Positions 1-12,200 of a DNA stretch of 64,000 nucleotides are shown piece after piece (the stretch's first letter is position 1; each line of letters opens with the position of its first letter). The DNA is from Botryllus schlosseri (Eukaryota): assembly GCA_051294905.1 (NCBI GenBank), contig CM119372.1, positions 40,426,001 through 40,490,000 on the forward strand. Reading direction: 5' to 3'. The notes beneath the pieces were generated by a model, which searched no databases, had not been told where the DNA came from, and worked only from the letters and a program-made list of their open reading frames with translations. Made by a program: the position numbers and the translations under genes.

Positions 1-2353
1 TTGCTCGAGGAAGAATGCGTTTTTGCTCTCCCAATTCATCTACTTCAGCCTTCCAAATAAGGATTTATCACTCTAATTAGTTTACATGGCAAGCATTTGA
101 AGTCTACCTTCCATAACATCAGATCCTGGACAAATTCCTTGAGGAAGTTGATCCTGTGATCCTCCATGCTGCGTACAGGATTCCTGACTCCGCAGTTAGT
201 CACTTCAAACCAACTGTAAGACAATATAACAATTTTGGTTTTGCTCACATAAATAAATTTGAGAAAAAAACTATTGCACCTGTTTATAAGGAGAATGAAG
301 TCAGAGGTACCCTTTGCTCCATCCATCGTTGATAAATTTTTCCCCACTTCCCAGCTTAGAATATCCGTCGACAAGTTCACTTTCATCTACATGTCAATTG
401 TAAGGCTTGTGATAATATTGAACAGTAGACTGAAATGGAAAATGTACGTTGGAATATGGATTCAATCGAATATGGATTAAATCGAATATGGGCTTCTGTG
501 AGCCTGGTCCGTCTGAGCATGAGGCTGTATTTTTCATTTTCGTAGAGTTTTATAGTATGTCATTCCCATCTTTGTTCATGTATTTTGTTCCACTTGATTT
601 CGACGAGTAAAGAGCATTCCTCATGGTCTGCAAGATAAGAAATAATAAAATAATGATGAGGTAGGAGTATATAGCTACATACAATACCTTGAGAAGAGAA
701 GAAGAGGTGTATCGGAAAAGATAAGTATCTGTCTATCACGACAATATGGATTGGGGGCGGAGAAGGAGCAGTTTAGAGGAATTTCTTGGCTTCCAGCCAG
801 AACTTTGAAAAATTGTCTATTTGTAGACATGCCATGCCGTCAGCAATAACGGCATGAACTTGAATGCCCTTTATCTCACATTCACGAAGTAAGTGACAAA
901 ATTTTAAAGCCAGACCCCCCATGAGTGACAGTTGTAGGATACCACGCAATGGGGAGCGAGATTTCTCCTTTGACAGTGCGCAGGTAAAATACTGGAAAAT
1001 AATCAAATACTGTAATCCCAGTTCGCGACCTTATTGAAAACAAACCCACCAAGAATATGTGCAGCCAGCTTGCACTCAGTAGAAAAGTTTGCATCAACAA
1101 AGCCCACCAATTTTCCTTCAGACATCACCAAATTTTCTCTGACTAATAAAATAATAACGAAATTAATTTACATTAATATATATCGAAACGTACATCTTAT
1201 TACTTTTCATTTCATCGAGAGTGATGAAGGCAGGGAGGTGGTCATGCTGCATCATTACTCTCTCAATTTCTTTGAATGCCAGATTGTTAATGCCTGGTTG
1301 AGGCTTCACAAAGTTCCTGTGAATGGAAGCATTACAATTACATCACAACATTACTACGCCTCAGATGACAAAAGACATTTACCTGTATCTTTGCAATGTT
1401 TTAAAGTAATAATATGCTGATATGTAGCAGGTGAGCGACAGTATAATTCCAGAGCCCATCTGATGACATCAGGATGATATCTCCTTCCCGCGGTGTCAAG
1501 TTCTGCATTTTCAATTTGATTGGAAATGAAAACTCTTTGCCAGTCATTCACTCCTTCGCCAATCTTGTCCTGGGATGTCTAAATACAGGCATGGCAGCTT
1601 CTGAGCCATCATAAAGGTAAAAACTGACTACAGTAGCTCATCTACTGAACAAAGTACAGAGAAATCTCATAGCCAGGCTGACGTCTGTACTACCTTGCTA
1701 ACATTACTAATTAATCATTCAATCTGATTACTTCAGTCGATATATTGCATTCTTCATCCAGATGCATCGTCAACTCAGATGAGGCTTCTACCTTCTTACA
1801 AAATATGCACTGTGAAGAACTATCCTTACAATCTCCAGCCATGATGAGAAATAGTACTCAAGTCTCAACCAAACAGCTATATTTTTGAACATGCACTTCA
1901 CCAATGATCAGACAATCAGCAGATCTCCTAATATCTTGGGATGACACCTTGGTACCATCCCAAATAGGAATTGGGTGAATGTTGATATTGCATGCTGAGA
2001 CTGAATTCGGTACACCACAACAAATTTTCAGCTCATCCATATCACCTGTAAATCAAGTTTTCTTGAAAACAACAATAAAATTGATGTAATGGTACAGCTA
2101 AACTACGACGTCCACTGCAGTAAAAATTATGATCTACAGCACAATACTAGCCTACAATACCAATCATACAACTAATAATTCTCTCTCATATTGCACTTTA
2201 CCACTAGCAGTTCTACATATCCTGGTAAAGAAGCTTTGGAATATTGAACTTACTCAAAAATGAATGTAAGGTTTGGAATCTCAAGTTAGGCAGGGCGGTA
2301 CTTTCAATGGGGACATTCCAACAATAAAAAGAAGCACAAATCTGCTTAATATC

Positions 2354-2596
2354 TGTAGCCGTTCCCTCGCTCATCCAACACTGTAGCAGAAGAGGATGAC
2401 TATTCCTTTCAGGTTCTTCCCTGGATACACAGACTGCACCGATTGGAGCGGATATATCATGTATTCACCAAAACGCACAGGGCACAAGCCCCTGCAAAGC
2501 GCCACGCTCTCGACAACACAACTCAGAAGGCCTTTTTTCCCTTGCTGCATGCCTGAGTGGTCTTGCCGCGCAGAGGTCATAGGTCAGGCGGTTACA
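2354..2596 (-). repeat. 3' LTR (243 bp) of the TRIM-like element
   Basis: Matches 3425-3666 with 3 substitutions and one 1-bp indel seen by eye. Confidence 0.92.
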
Positions 2597-2769
2597 CTTC
2601 CCCCTCCATAGTTTGAGTGATCCAGAGCTGACACAGGATCACTCACAAGCGACAAGACATCAAGACGCAGCAAGGAAAACACATGTAAAAAAACAAAAGA
2701 ACATGTACAAGAGATATGTTACACACACTCATAATGATCATGAGACCACCACAACAATGTTTTCAAAAA

Positions 2770-3180
2770 CTCAATGTCAATGTCGAAAGACAAACCCCAC
2801 AATATCAACAAAACTTCAATGTTAAGTCTCAAGATAAAACCAACAATATCATCAAAACATCAATGCCAACGTCTTCAGACGAATCCAACAAAACAATACC
2901 ATCAAGATCAATGCTGACGTCTTCAGACGAACCCCACAATACAATCAACTTCAATGCCAACGTCTCAGGACGAACCCCACAAAACAATACCATCAAGTTC
3001 AATGCCAACGTCTTAAGACGAACCCCACAATACAATCAACTTCAATGCCAACGTCTTAAGACGAACCCCACAATACAATCAACTTCAATATGCCAACGTC
3101 TATAGACGAATCCAACAAAACAATACCATCAAGTTCAATGCCAGCGTCTTAAGACGAACCCCAGAATGTCTTCAATGCTC
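2770..3180. repeat. Internal minisatellite, about 43-45 bp unit
   Basis: Repeats of aacttcaatgccaacgtcttaagacgaaccccacaatacaatc, e.g. gacgaacccc at 3017 and 3060. Confidence 0.85.
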
Positions 3181-3424
3181 CAATACCAGCGTCGCGGCTC
3201 TCGCGTAGAATGTGAACTTCCTGGCTTGGAGCAGCAACTTGGTGATGCAGACGAAGCACTACCTTGTGCAATTCGGGTGTTCTGATCACAGCTTCCCGAT
3301 GTATATCTGCAACGTTCACCAAATCTCTTGCTATTCGATTAAATACATCGGGTCCTTCGTGACAGTCTCCGTTCTCCATCATCGCATGCCTGCCATATCC
3401 AGGATTGGACTGCGTGCTCGCCAT

Positions 3425-3666
3425 TGTAGCCGTTCCCTCGCTCATCTAACACTGTAGCAGAAGAGGATGACTATTCCTTTCAGGTTCTTCCCTGGATACA
3501 CAGACTGCACCGATTGGAGCGGATATATCATGTATTCACCAAAACGCACAGGGCACAAGCCCCTGCAAGCGCCACGCTCTCGACAACACGACTCAGAAGG
3601 CCTTTTTTCCCTTGCTGCATGCCTGAGTGGTCTTACCGCGCAGAGGTCATAGGTCAGGCGGTTACA
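3425..3666 (-). repeat. 5' LTR (242 bp) of the TRIM-like element
   Basis: Matches 2354-2596; adjacent to the PBS. Confidence 0.92.
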
Positions 3667-4079
3667 TATCCTGTGCAAACTCCAACCTGAATGAAAAGTC
3701 CTGTTAGTTCTTGGGGCTAGAGACTGCCACTAAACTCTTCCAAATTCGTGGTTTGAGTTAGGCCTATATACCGTATTTGAGGAACAATAGCACCATTCCT
3801 TCGTAGCTCCATGACTAGCATCTCTTTTCTAGAGTATAAGACCCAATTGCCTGCCAACGAACACAAAGTATTAACCTGTTGCACATATAAACAGAAAATG
3901 CATGGTCCAAAGAGCGGCATGGAATTCAGTATCAAGCAATGTCCTTCTTCCAATAAGAATATATTATTCGATTATAGGCTAGTATATCAGAGCTGTACAT
4001 AAAACAGGATTACTTTGATGAAATGTTCCCAGGGTTAAGAATACACTCATTTGTTCTTGCAAACTGAAATACATTGACA

Positions 4080-4869
4080 TTACGAAGCTGTATCACCTCG
4101 TAATGTCAAAGACATGCTATTACTTGAACGCCAAATATCCTTCTGATCTGAATGCCTGATTTTGTTAGGTTGAACTTTTCGCACAGCTGGCAGTATGCGT
4201 GGCACACAAACATTTTGAGGTTTTGGTGAGTGATGTTTTGGTAGAGCGCCAATCCTCAACTTTCTCATTCCTTTGAAAGGGATGATGTCATCATCATCGA
4301 AATGCACATCACAAATACGAGCACTGAAAAACAATTTCTACGGATGAAGTTTGCGTCAGAAGTTATTATGTCTCAATATCACAGTAGTTCGCTGCAACTA
4401 TTAATCTGATGAGAGAAACAATTTTAAATTACATCTGCTTCAGATTCTTCCGCGACAATATTACTTGCTACAGACTCCAGTGCTTCCTGACTGAAAGGAA
4501 AACATTACGGTATCGAATGTTCTAAAATGCTAAAACTCTGATTTGAAGGAAGATGGTTTATATGGGTAGAAACCGCGAGGTTATCAAGTCAGTGCCACTA
4601 TATTTCCTCTCCACGTTATTCCTGAGTTGCCTATTACGAAGCTATCTCCAATCTTACGTTTCCTTGTGACGCTGGTGCATGATATTGTCATTCCTGTGTG
4701 AGGCATTTCGCAGCGACAAAATAATTCCTGGCAACGTCTCCCTGTGAATCTTCTGTTCTTCACTTTTTGCTAAATCTGGTCGCAATATGGCAAAGAAAGT
4801 ACGACCTGTACCTGTCTTGTTCGATTTGACAGAAGACCAGTTACATCCAGGAACACAGCAGTAACTCAT
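4080..4869 (-). CDS. THAP zinc-finger coding exons 1-2 of the transposase (exon 1 4869-4658, GT-AG intron 4657-4324, exon 2 from 4323; exon 2 end uncertain)
   Basis: Donor AC|GTAAGA and acceptor TTTTTCAG|T join in frame to give ...HKET-ARICDVHF..., completing the C2CH THAP signature. Confidence 0.8.
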
Positions 4870-5523
4870 ATTACAATATGTGCGTCGGCAGTTAGTCTGT
4901 TTGAATGGCAACTGTTGCTGATTGCAAGAGTGATTCCATAGCGAAATTAATGCCTTAATCATTAAAGTGACGACCTTGAAACATGGCACAGTGCTAAATA
5001 CCATCATCAAGCTACACCATACGTAATCCTGTCCCCAATCTCGATATAGAACACCTTGGAAATCAACAAAGACTAATACCGGCCGAGCGCACCCGGCGCA
5101 TTTTGTATTTCAACCCACCTTAACACAATCAATATGTAAGGTGATTGTATTACGGGCGCTTAAGTAGTTCGTGAGTCGTATGTACATTCGCTGGACACGG
5201 CGCAATCTTCGGAAGCCAGCAATCGAACCAATCTTATCTACAGACCCTGAACAAACCATCATTGGCCAGCTGATAACACCGTATTTTTAGGTCGGCTCTT
5301 GCGTAATGTGAAAAATCGAATCACGATGCAGGCCAAAACTCACATATTATTTCTCAAAATTATCTAGCAAGCTCGGCTACTTGGAAGCCTGCTTATCAGG
5401 TACGACTAATTGAAAATCCGAGCGCACTCGGAGCATTTTGTAATGCGGACTCACCTTAACACAATCAATATGTAAGGTGATTGTATTAAGGGCGCTTAAG
5501 TAGTTCCTGAGTCGTATGTACAT

Positions 5524-7257
5524 CAGACATGGGGTGATTACTTCATGAATGTAATCGATTGCGATTACGATTACTTATGCATCACGCGATTACGATTACG
5601 ATTACGATTACAGCAAAATCCGCGAGTAGTCGATTACGATTACGATTACTTTGGAAAAGTAATCACGATTACTCACGATTACATTCATTTAGCTTCTGAG
5701 AAGTTATCTTTGGAAGACAACAATGCGATGAAAAGGCCTCATGAGAGAAGTTCTTTATTTTTAAATGAGACATAATGACGTCATTTCCTGTGTATGACAT
5801 AATATACCATGGCATGATTCACACAAGGCATTTCGGTGCCAGCCAATACCGCGCCGCAAAACACCAAGACATGTTACATTGCCCGAAACATTGTGTATAT
5901 GTCCATTGTCCATAGCCGCGCTGGATGGTCGCGAAGAATAGTCTTCTCAATCTAAGCCCCACAATACAAATGCCACCGGGGGCACTCACTGCGGAAAATG
6001 ATGAACCACGTGCTTAAATGACAATTTGTGGTGCGTCTCACGAAAGTTTTTCGTTTAGTTTTCTTTTCGTCCGCTACGTTTGGGCGACTCCAATATCTGC
6101 TGACTATATAGCAGACACGTGACAGAGGTCACGAGTTAACAACATACAATAAAGTTATAGTCGTAAATTATGTGCCTAAATATTCGCGGTTGGCGCGACT
6201 TGACAGCAAATTCACAGCGAAGCCCGGCCTTTAAGGGGGGTCTGGGGGACTTCGCCCGCCACAAGCTTTATTGATCGCCTTATGGGGAGCACCAGATCAC
6301 CATTTGTGAGAATGGCGGTGGTGAAGTGCTGTTTCGGTACTGATTCTAGCTGAAATCCACGCTAACACGGCGTGTAAGCGGATGGCTAGTGGCATATCCG
6401 AATGATGAGTATAAAATTGCGAAAGAACAATAGTTGCCCGTTTTAAGTAGGGCCGTATGAGAATATGATGAGGTAAACATCAACTTCTGACTGCAATCCA
6501 CTTAATACATATATTTCGATCTGCCGTTATACGAGTAACGGAGAATAACGGCTCGGTTATGATTTTCTTATCAGCAGCCTGGTTTTTAATGCTTCGATGT
6601 AGAAATTGTCATGTTTAATTTGACGGGTACAAAATTTCAAATCGTTGTCCATTGTATACGTAAATAGGCCTACCGCTCGCCAATCAGGTACGGTCAGATT
6701 GCGTTTACCCAAGCATAACAAAACATCTATACATCGTACAATGTACAATTTGTACACATACGTTACTATTCGAAACTAGGTCGAGTGGTGATTATTATCC
6801 TGCTGCCAGGTAGTGGCGTGTGCAGTGTAATGATCAGTGCAGTGACATAATCCACAGCGGGTGTTCTTACAGTCACAGTACTACATTATTTACATCGAAT
6901 ATCTATTTACTACGTGCGGATAATTCGTTACGCAATCAAGAACCAAGCTAATACTTGTGACGCAATAATGAGATAGAGGCGTTTGAAAACCCGACATTTC
7001 TGCTATCCAAAACCTGTTTTAAATCACACTCTTCGTTGCCCATGAATGTTCATAGTTCAGTTTATGTCATGGGTATTGCACTAATGAAAAGTAATCGTTC
7101 TTTCACAAAGAAATCGATTAGATATGTGAAGTAGTCGATTACGATTACGATTACTTCGGATTTTTTTCGAATGTAATCGATTGCGATTACGATTACTTGG
7201 AAATGCTGTAATCGTCGTAATCGATTACGATTACTAATCACGATTACCCCATGTCTG
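5524..7257. mobile_element. Non-autonomous hAT-superfamily DNA transposon, 1734 bp
   Basis: TIR CAGACATGGGGT / ACCCCATGTCTG; perfect 8-bp TSD ATGTACAT (5516-5523, 7258-7265); subterminal (CGATTA)n arrays at both ends; satellite resumes in phase; no transposase ORF. Confidence 0.93.
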
Positions 7258-8044
7258 ATGTACATTCGCTGGACACGGCGCAATCATCGGAAGCCAGCAA
7301 TCGAACCAATCTTATCTACAGACCCTGAACAAACTATCATTGGCCAGCTGATAATGCCGTCTGTTTAGGTCCGTTCTTGCGTAATGTGAAATATCGAATC
7401 ACGATGCAGGCAAAAACTCAGATATTATTTCTCAAAATTATCTAGCAAGCTCGGCTACTAGGAAGCCTGCTTATCAGATACGACTGATTGAAAAATCCGA
7501 GCGCACTCGGAGCATTTTGTAATGCGGACTCTCCTTAACACAATTAATATGTAAGGTGATTGTATTAAGGACGCTTCAGTAGTTCGTGAGTCCTATGTCC
7601 TTTTACTGGACAGGGCGCAATCTTCGGCAGCCAGCAATCGATCCAATGCTAGATCATATCTACAGAAGCTTGACATCATTGGCCAGCTGATAATCAACTC
7701 TGTTTAGGGCGACTCTTTTCGAAATTTGGAAATCGAATCACGATACAGGCTAAAACTCACATATTATTTCTCAAAATTATCTAGCAAGATCGGCTACTAG
7801 GAAGCCTGCTTATCAGATACGACTAATTGAAAAATCCGAGCGCACTCGGAGCATGTTGTATTGCGGACTCACCTTAACACAATCAATATGTAAGGTGATT
7901 GTATTACGGGCGCTTAAGTAGTTCGTGAGTCGTATGTACATTCGCTGGACACGGCGCAATCTTCGGAAGCCAGCAATCGAACCAATCTTATCTACAGACC
8001 CTGAACAAACTATCATTGGCCAGCTGATAATACCGTCTGTTTAG

Positions 8045-9269
8045 CAGGGCATGGTATGGTATGGAACGAGAATTTTCCATACTCCATACTTACCTTACTC
8101 TCTCCATACCATACTTGCAATTTTCCATACCATACCAACATTGTTCCATACCATACTTGATACATATTCCATACTTTCAAATACTTCAATATCATAAGTA
8201 TAGTACCTTTTCTAGCACCTATATTATTGATATTTCGGATGTCGTTATAGCTTAAACTAGCCATCATGCGAATCTAACTCCTGGTAATAGTTTTACATAG
8301 TCTGTTTTGGTGAGGTTTAGTTCACAGTGGTGAGGTGCCGAGTACCTCTACTCGACAGCTTCCGCGAGCAAAATGAGATAGTCAGCAGATTGTTAACTAG
8401 GAATGTCCACAAAATGGACTGGCAATATACGGCCCGCAAAGAGATTTTGTCCGCCCCGCGGACAGTTTCCCGTCTTACATGATCATGTGGCCCGCGGCCC
8501 CAATCTGCCGAGATTCCCCACTACTTGCCTAAACATCAAATTTTAGTGACTGCATGTTATTATATAGGTCTGTGCACTGCGCGAGAGTGGAGCTTAGGGG
8601 TAAGTCCTTCGAAGCGGGAAGACTTGCATTATCGGCTTATACGATGTACTCAACCCTAATGAATTGATATCTTGGTACATTTTGGGTAGAGGGGCTTATC
8701 AAACGCTTTGAAATCTTAATTGAGGATTGCACAGTGAGTTAGTTGATCAGAGAGAAGCAGACATGGCGGCGCCTGTATGACAATGCTGTTCTCAAATCCA
8801 CATTGTATTTTCATTATTGGCGAGAAATGGCTTTGAAGTGACATTTCTGTCGATAAAATACAATCAATAAATACGATTTATTCCTTGTATATATAGGCGA
8901 GTAATTTATCCATTCAGCAATCCGGCCCGCCAAGTACCTAATTTTCCTATACCCGGCCCGCCGACTAGAGAAGTTGCACGCCCCTGCTCCATAAGATATC
9001 ATCGCATTTCCGGTTCATTGGCATGAGGCACATGCAAGTTTGAAGTAAATTAAATACTCGCAGAATAATTTATATTATAGGTGCACCCATAAAATACCCC
9101 AGCTGCAGGCGATCAATACTGCAGCGACCTGCGTGATAATTAGTACAGTATTTGGTTGGGGTTAGTGTGGCGAGAATTTCAAACTAGATCTACCCCACTC
9201 CCTGATCTATAATCCTAATGCGAGAGTGTTGAAATATGACCAATAAGATAGCTCGGTATGTAGTATAAA
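8045..9269. mobile_element. Truncated hAT-like insertion (left end only) with subterminal (CCATA)n repeats
   Basis: Starts CAGGGCATGGTATGGTATGG directly after satellite ctgtttag; no right TIR or TSD; satellite resumes out of phase at about 9270. Confidence 0.65.
8424..8986. mobile_element. Nested partial hAT (Charlie-like) MITE
   Basis: Right end AAGTTGCACGCCCCTG at 8986; several CGGCCCGC subterminal motifs near both ends; left TIR not recognisable, so the left boundary is approximate. Confidence 0.5.
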
Positions 9270-12200
9270 TGAGTCCTATGTCCTTTTACTGGACACGGCG
9301 CAATCTTCGAAAGCCAGCAATCGATCCAATGCTAGATCATATCTACAGAAGCTTGACATCATTGGCCAGCTGATAATCACATCTGTTTAGGGCGGCTCTT
9401 TTCGAAATGTGGAAATCGAATCACGATGCAGGCCAAAACTAACATATTATTTCTCAAAATTATCTAGCAAGCTCGGCTACTAGGAAGCCTGCTTATCAGA
9501 TACGACTAATTGAAAAATCCGAGCGCACTCGGAGCATTTTGTAATGCGGACTCACCTTAACACAATCAATATGTAATATGATTGTATTACGGGCGCTTAA
9601 GTAGTTTGTGAGTCGTATGTACATTCGCTGGACACGGCGCAATCTTCGGAAGCCAGCAATCGAACCAATCTTATCTACAGACCCTGAACAAACTATCATT
9701 GGCCAGCTAATAATAGCGTCTGTTTAGGTCCGTTCCTGCGTAATGTGAAATATCGAATCACGATGCAGGCCAAAACTCACATATTATTTCTCAAAATTAT
9801 CTAGCAAGCTCGGCTTCTAGGAAGCCTGCTTATCAGATACGACTAATTGAAAAATCCGAGCGCACTCGGAGCATTTTGTAATGCGGACTCACCTTAAGAC
9901 AATCAATATGTAAGGTGATTGTTTTACGGGCGCTTGATTAGTTCTTGAGTCGTAGGTCCTTTTACTGGACACGGCGCAATCTTCGGAAGCCAGCAATCGA
10001 ACCAATCTTATCTAGAGACCGTGAACAAACCATCATTGGCCAGCTGATAATACCGTCTGTTTAGGTCAGTTTCTGCGTAATGTGAAATATCGAATCACGA
10101 TGCAGGCCAAAACTCACATATTATTTCTCAATATTATCTAGCAAGCTCGGCTACTAGGAAGCCTGCTTATCAGATACGACTAATTGAAAAATCCGAGCGC
10201 ACTCGGAGCATTTTGTAATGCGGACTCACCTTAACACAATCAATATGTAATATGATTGTATTACGGGCGCTTAAGTAGTTTGTGAGTCGTATGTACATTC
10301 GCTGGACACGGCGCAATCTTCGGAAGCCAGCAATCGAACCAATCTTATCTACAGACCCTGAACAAACTATCATTGGCCAGCTGATAATACCGTTTGTTTA
10401 GATCGGTTCTTGCGTAATGTGAAAAATCGAATCACGATGCAGGCCAAAACTCACATATTATTTCTCAAAATTATCTAGCAAGCTCGGCTACTAGGAAGCC
10501 TGCTTATCAGATACGACTAATTGAAAAATCCGAGCGCACTCGGAGCATTTTGTAATGCAGACTCACCTTAACACAATCAATGTGTAAGATGATTGTATTA
10601 CGGGCGATTAAGTAGTTCGTGAGTCGTATCTACATTCGCTGGACATGGCGCAATCTTCGGAAGCCAGCAATCGAACCAATCTTATCTACAGACCATGAAC
10701 AAACTATCATTGGCCAGCTGATAATACCGTCTGTTTAGGTCCGTTCCTGCGTAATGTGAAATATCGAATCACGATGCAGGCCAAAACTCACATATTGTTT
10801 CTCAAAATTATCTAGCATGCTCGGCTCCTAGGAAGCCTGCTTATCAGGTACGACAAATTGAAAAATCCGAGCGCACCAGGAGCATTTTGTAATGCGGACT
10901 CACCTTAACACAATCAATACGTAAGGTGATTGTATTACGGGCGCTTAAGTAGTTCGTGAGTCGTATGTACATTCGCTGGACACGGCGCAATCTTCTAAAG
11001 CCAGCAATCGATCCAATCTTATCTACAGACCCTGAACAAACTATCATTGGCCAGCTGATAATACCGTCTGTTTAGGTCCGTTCTTGCGTAATGTGAAAAA
11101 TCGAATCACGATGCAGGCCAAAACTCACATATTATTTCTCAATATTATCTAGCAAGCTCGGCTACTAGGAAGCCTGCTCATCAGATACGACTAATTTAAA
11201 AATCCGAGCGCAATCGGAGCATTTTGTAATGCGGACTCACCTTGACACAATCAATATGTAAGGTGATTGTATTACGGGCGCTTAACTATTTCGTGAGTCC
11301 TATGTCCTTTTACTGGACACGGCGCAATCTGCGGAAGCCAGCAGTCGATCCAATGCTAGATCATATCTACAGAAGCTTGACATCATTGGCCAGCTGATAA
11401 TCACATCTGTTTAGGGCGGCTCTTTTCGAAATGTGGAAATCGAATCACGATGCAGGCCAAAACTAACATATTATTTCTCAAAATTATCTAGCAAGCTCGG
11501 CTACTAGGAAGCCTGCTTATCAGATACGACTAATTGAAAAATCCGAGCGCACTCGGAGCATTTTGTAATGCGGACTCACCTTAACACAATCAATATGTAA
11601 TATGATTGTATTACGGGCGCTTAAGTAGTTTGTGAGTCGTATGTACATTCGCTGGACACGGCGCAATCTTCGGAAGCCAGCAATCGAACCAATCTTATCT
11701 ACAGACCCTGAACAAACTATCATTGGCCAGCTAATAATACCGTCTGTTTAGGTCCGTTCCTGCGTAATGTGAAATATCGAATCACGATGCAGGCCAAAAC
11801 TCACATATTATTTCTCAAAATTATCTAGCAAGCTCGGCTTCTAGGAAGCCTGCTTATCAGATACGACTAATTGAAAAATCCGAGCGCACTCGGAGCATTT
11901 TGTAATGCGGACTCACCTTAAGACAATCAATATGTAAGGTGATTGTTTTACGGGCGCTTGATTAGTTCTTGAGTCGTAGGTCCTTTTACTGGACACGGCG
12001 CAATCTTCGGAAGCCAGCAATCGAACCAATCTTATCTAGAGACCGTGAACAAACCATCATTGGCCAGCTGATAATACCGTCTGTTTAGGTCAGTTTCTGC
12101 GTAATGTGAAATATCGAATCACGATGCAGGCCAAAACTCACATATTATTTCTCAATATTATCTAGCAAGCTCGGCTACTAGGAAGCCTGCTTATCAGATA

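Larger units (their letters stand above)
2354..3666 (-). mobile_element. Non-autonomous LTR retroelement (TRIM-like), 1313 bp
   Basis: Direct repeats 2354-2596 and 3425-3666 with TG...CA ends; 4-bp TSD TATC (2350-2353, 3667-3670); minus-strand PBS TGGCGAGCACG next to the 3425 LTR; PPT GGAGGGGGAAG at 2597-2607; no pol motifs. Confidence 0.92.
45..4869 (-). pseudogene. Spliced P-element/THAP9-like transposase pseudogene
   Basis: Motifs in the expected order: THAP (MSYCCVPGC...FF / ICDVHF...LRIGALP); RRSADC region (1858-2040); GRRYHPDVIRWALELYCRSPATY (1354-1551); FITLDEMK (about 1205-1230); LPIAWY then VHAVIADG in different frames (frameshift near 920); RLTEAHI (about 490-510); MKVNLSTDILS...GTSDFI (45-386). 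Frameshifts, stops and an LTR insertion indicate inactivation. Confidence 0.85.
1..5058 (-). mobile_element. Decayed P-element superfamily (THAP-domain) DNA transposon; other end lies outside the window
   Basis: Ordered minus-strand THAP and P-transposase motifs between 4869 and 45. Putative terminus CAAGGTGTTCTATATCGA (minus strand, starting at 5058) resembles CA(A/T)RG-type P-element ends; partner TIR and TSD are not visible. Confidence 0.75.

Noticed and set aside
453..491. Short 16-bp tandem duplication (aatatggattcaatcg)
   Set aside because: Small local duplication in the decayed transposase; no evidence of function.
2716..3105. 129-aa repetitive N/T/Q-rich ORF
   Set aside because: Translation of the internal minisatellite, antisense to the element.
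5545..5775. ORFs with DYDY/RLRL repeats (also 7062-7283 and 8013-8267)
   Set aside because: Translations of subterminal (CGATTA)n and (CCATA)n transposon repeats.
9460..9800. 337-bp monomer as an ancient dimer of about 168-bp subunits, or a 5S/tRNA/snRNA gene repeat
   Set aside because: No convincing internal half-repeat and no recognisable RNA-gene sequence by eye; needs a self dot-plot and Rfam scan.
11130..11200. Hammerhead ribozyme in the satellite (minus-strand CTGATGAG followed by a stem)
   Set aside because: Most monomers read CTGATAA rather than CTGATGA, and the stem is followed by TAGAT rather than the required GAAA; I could not assemble stems I and III. An Infernal search would settle it.
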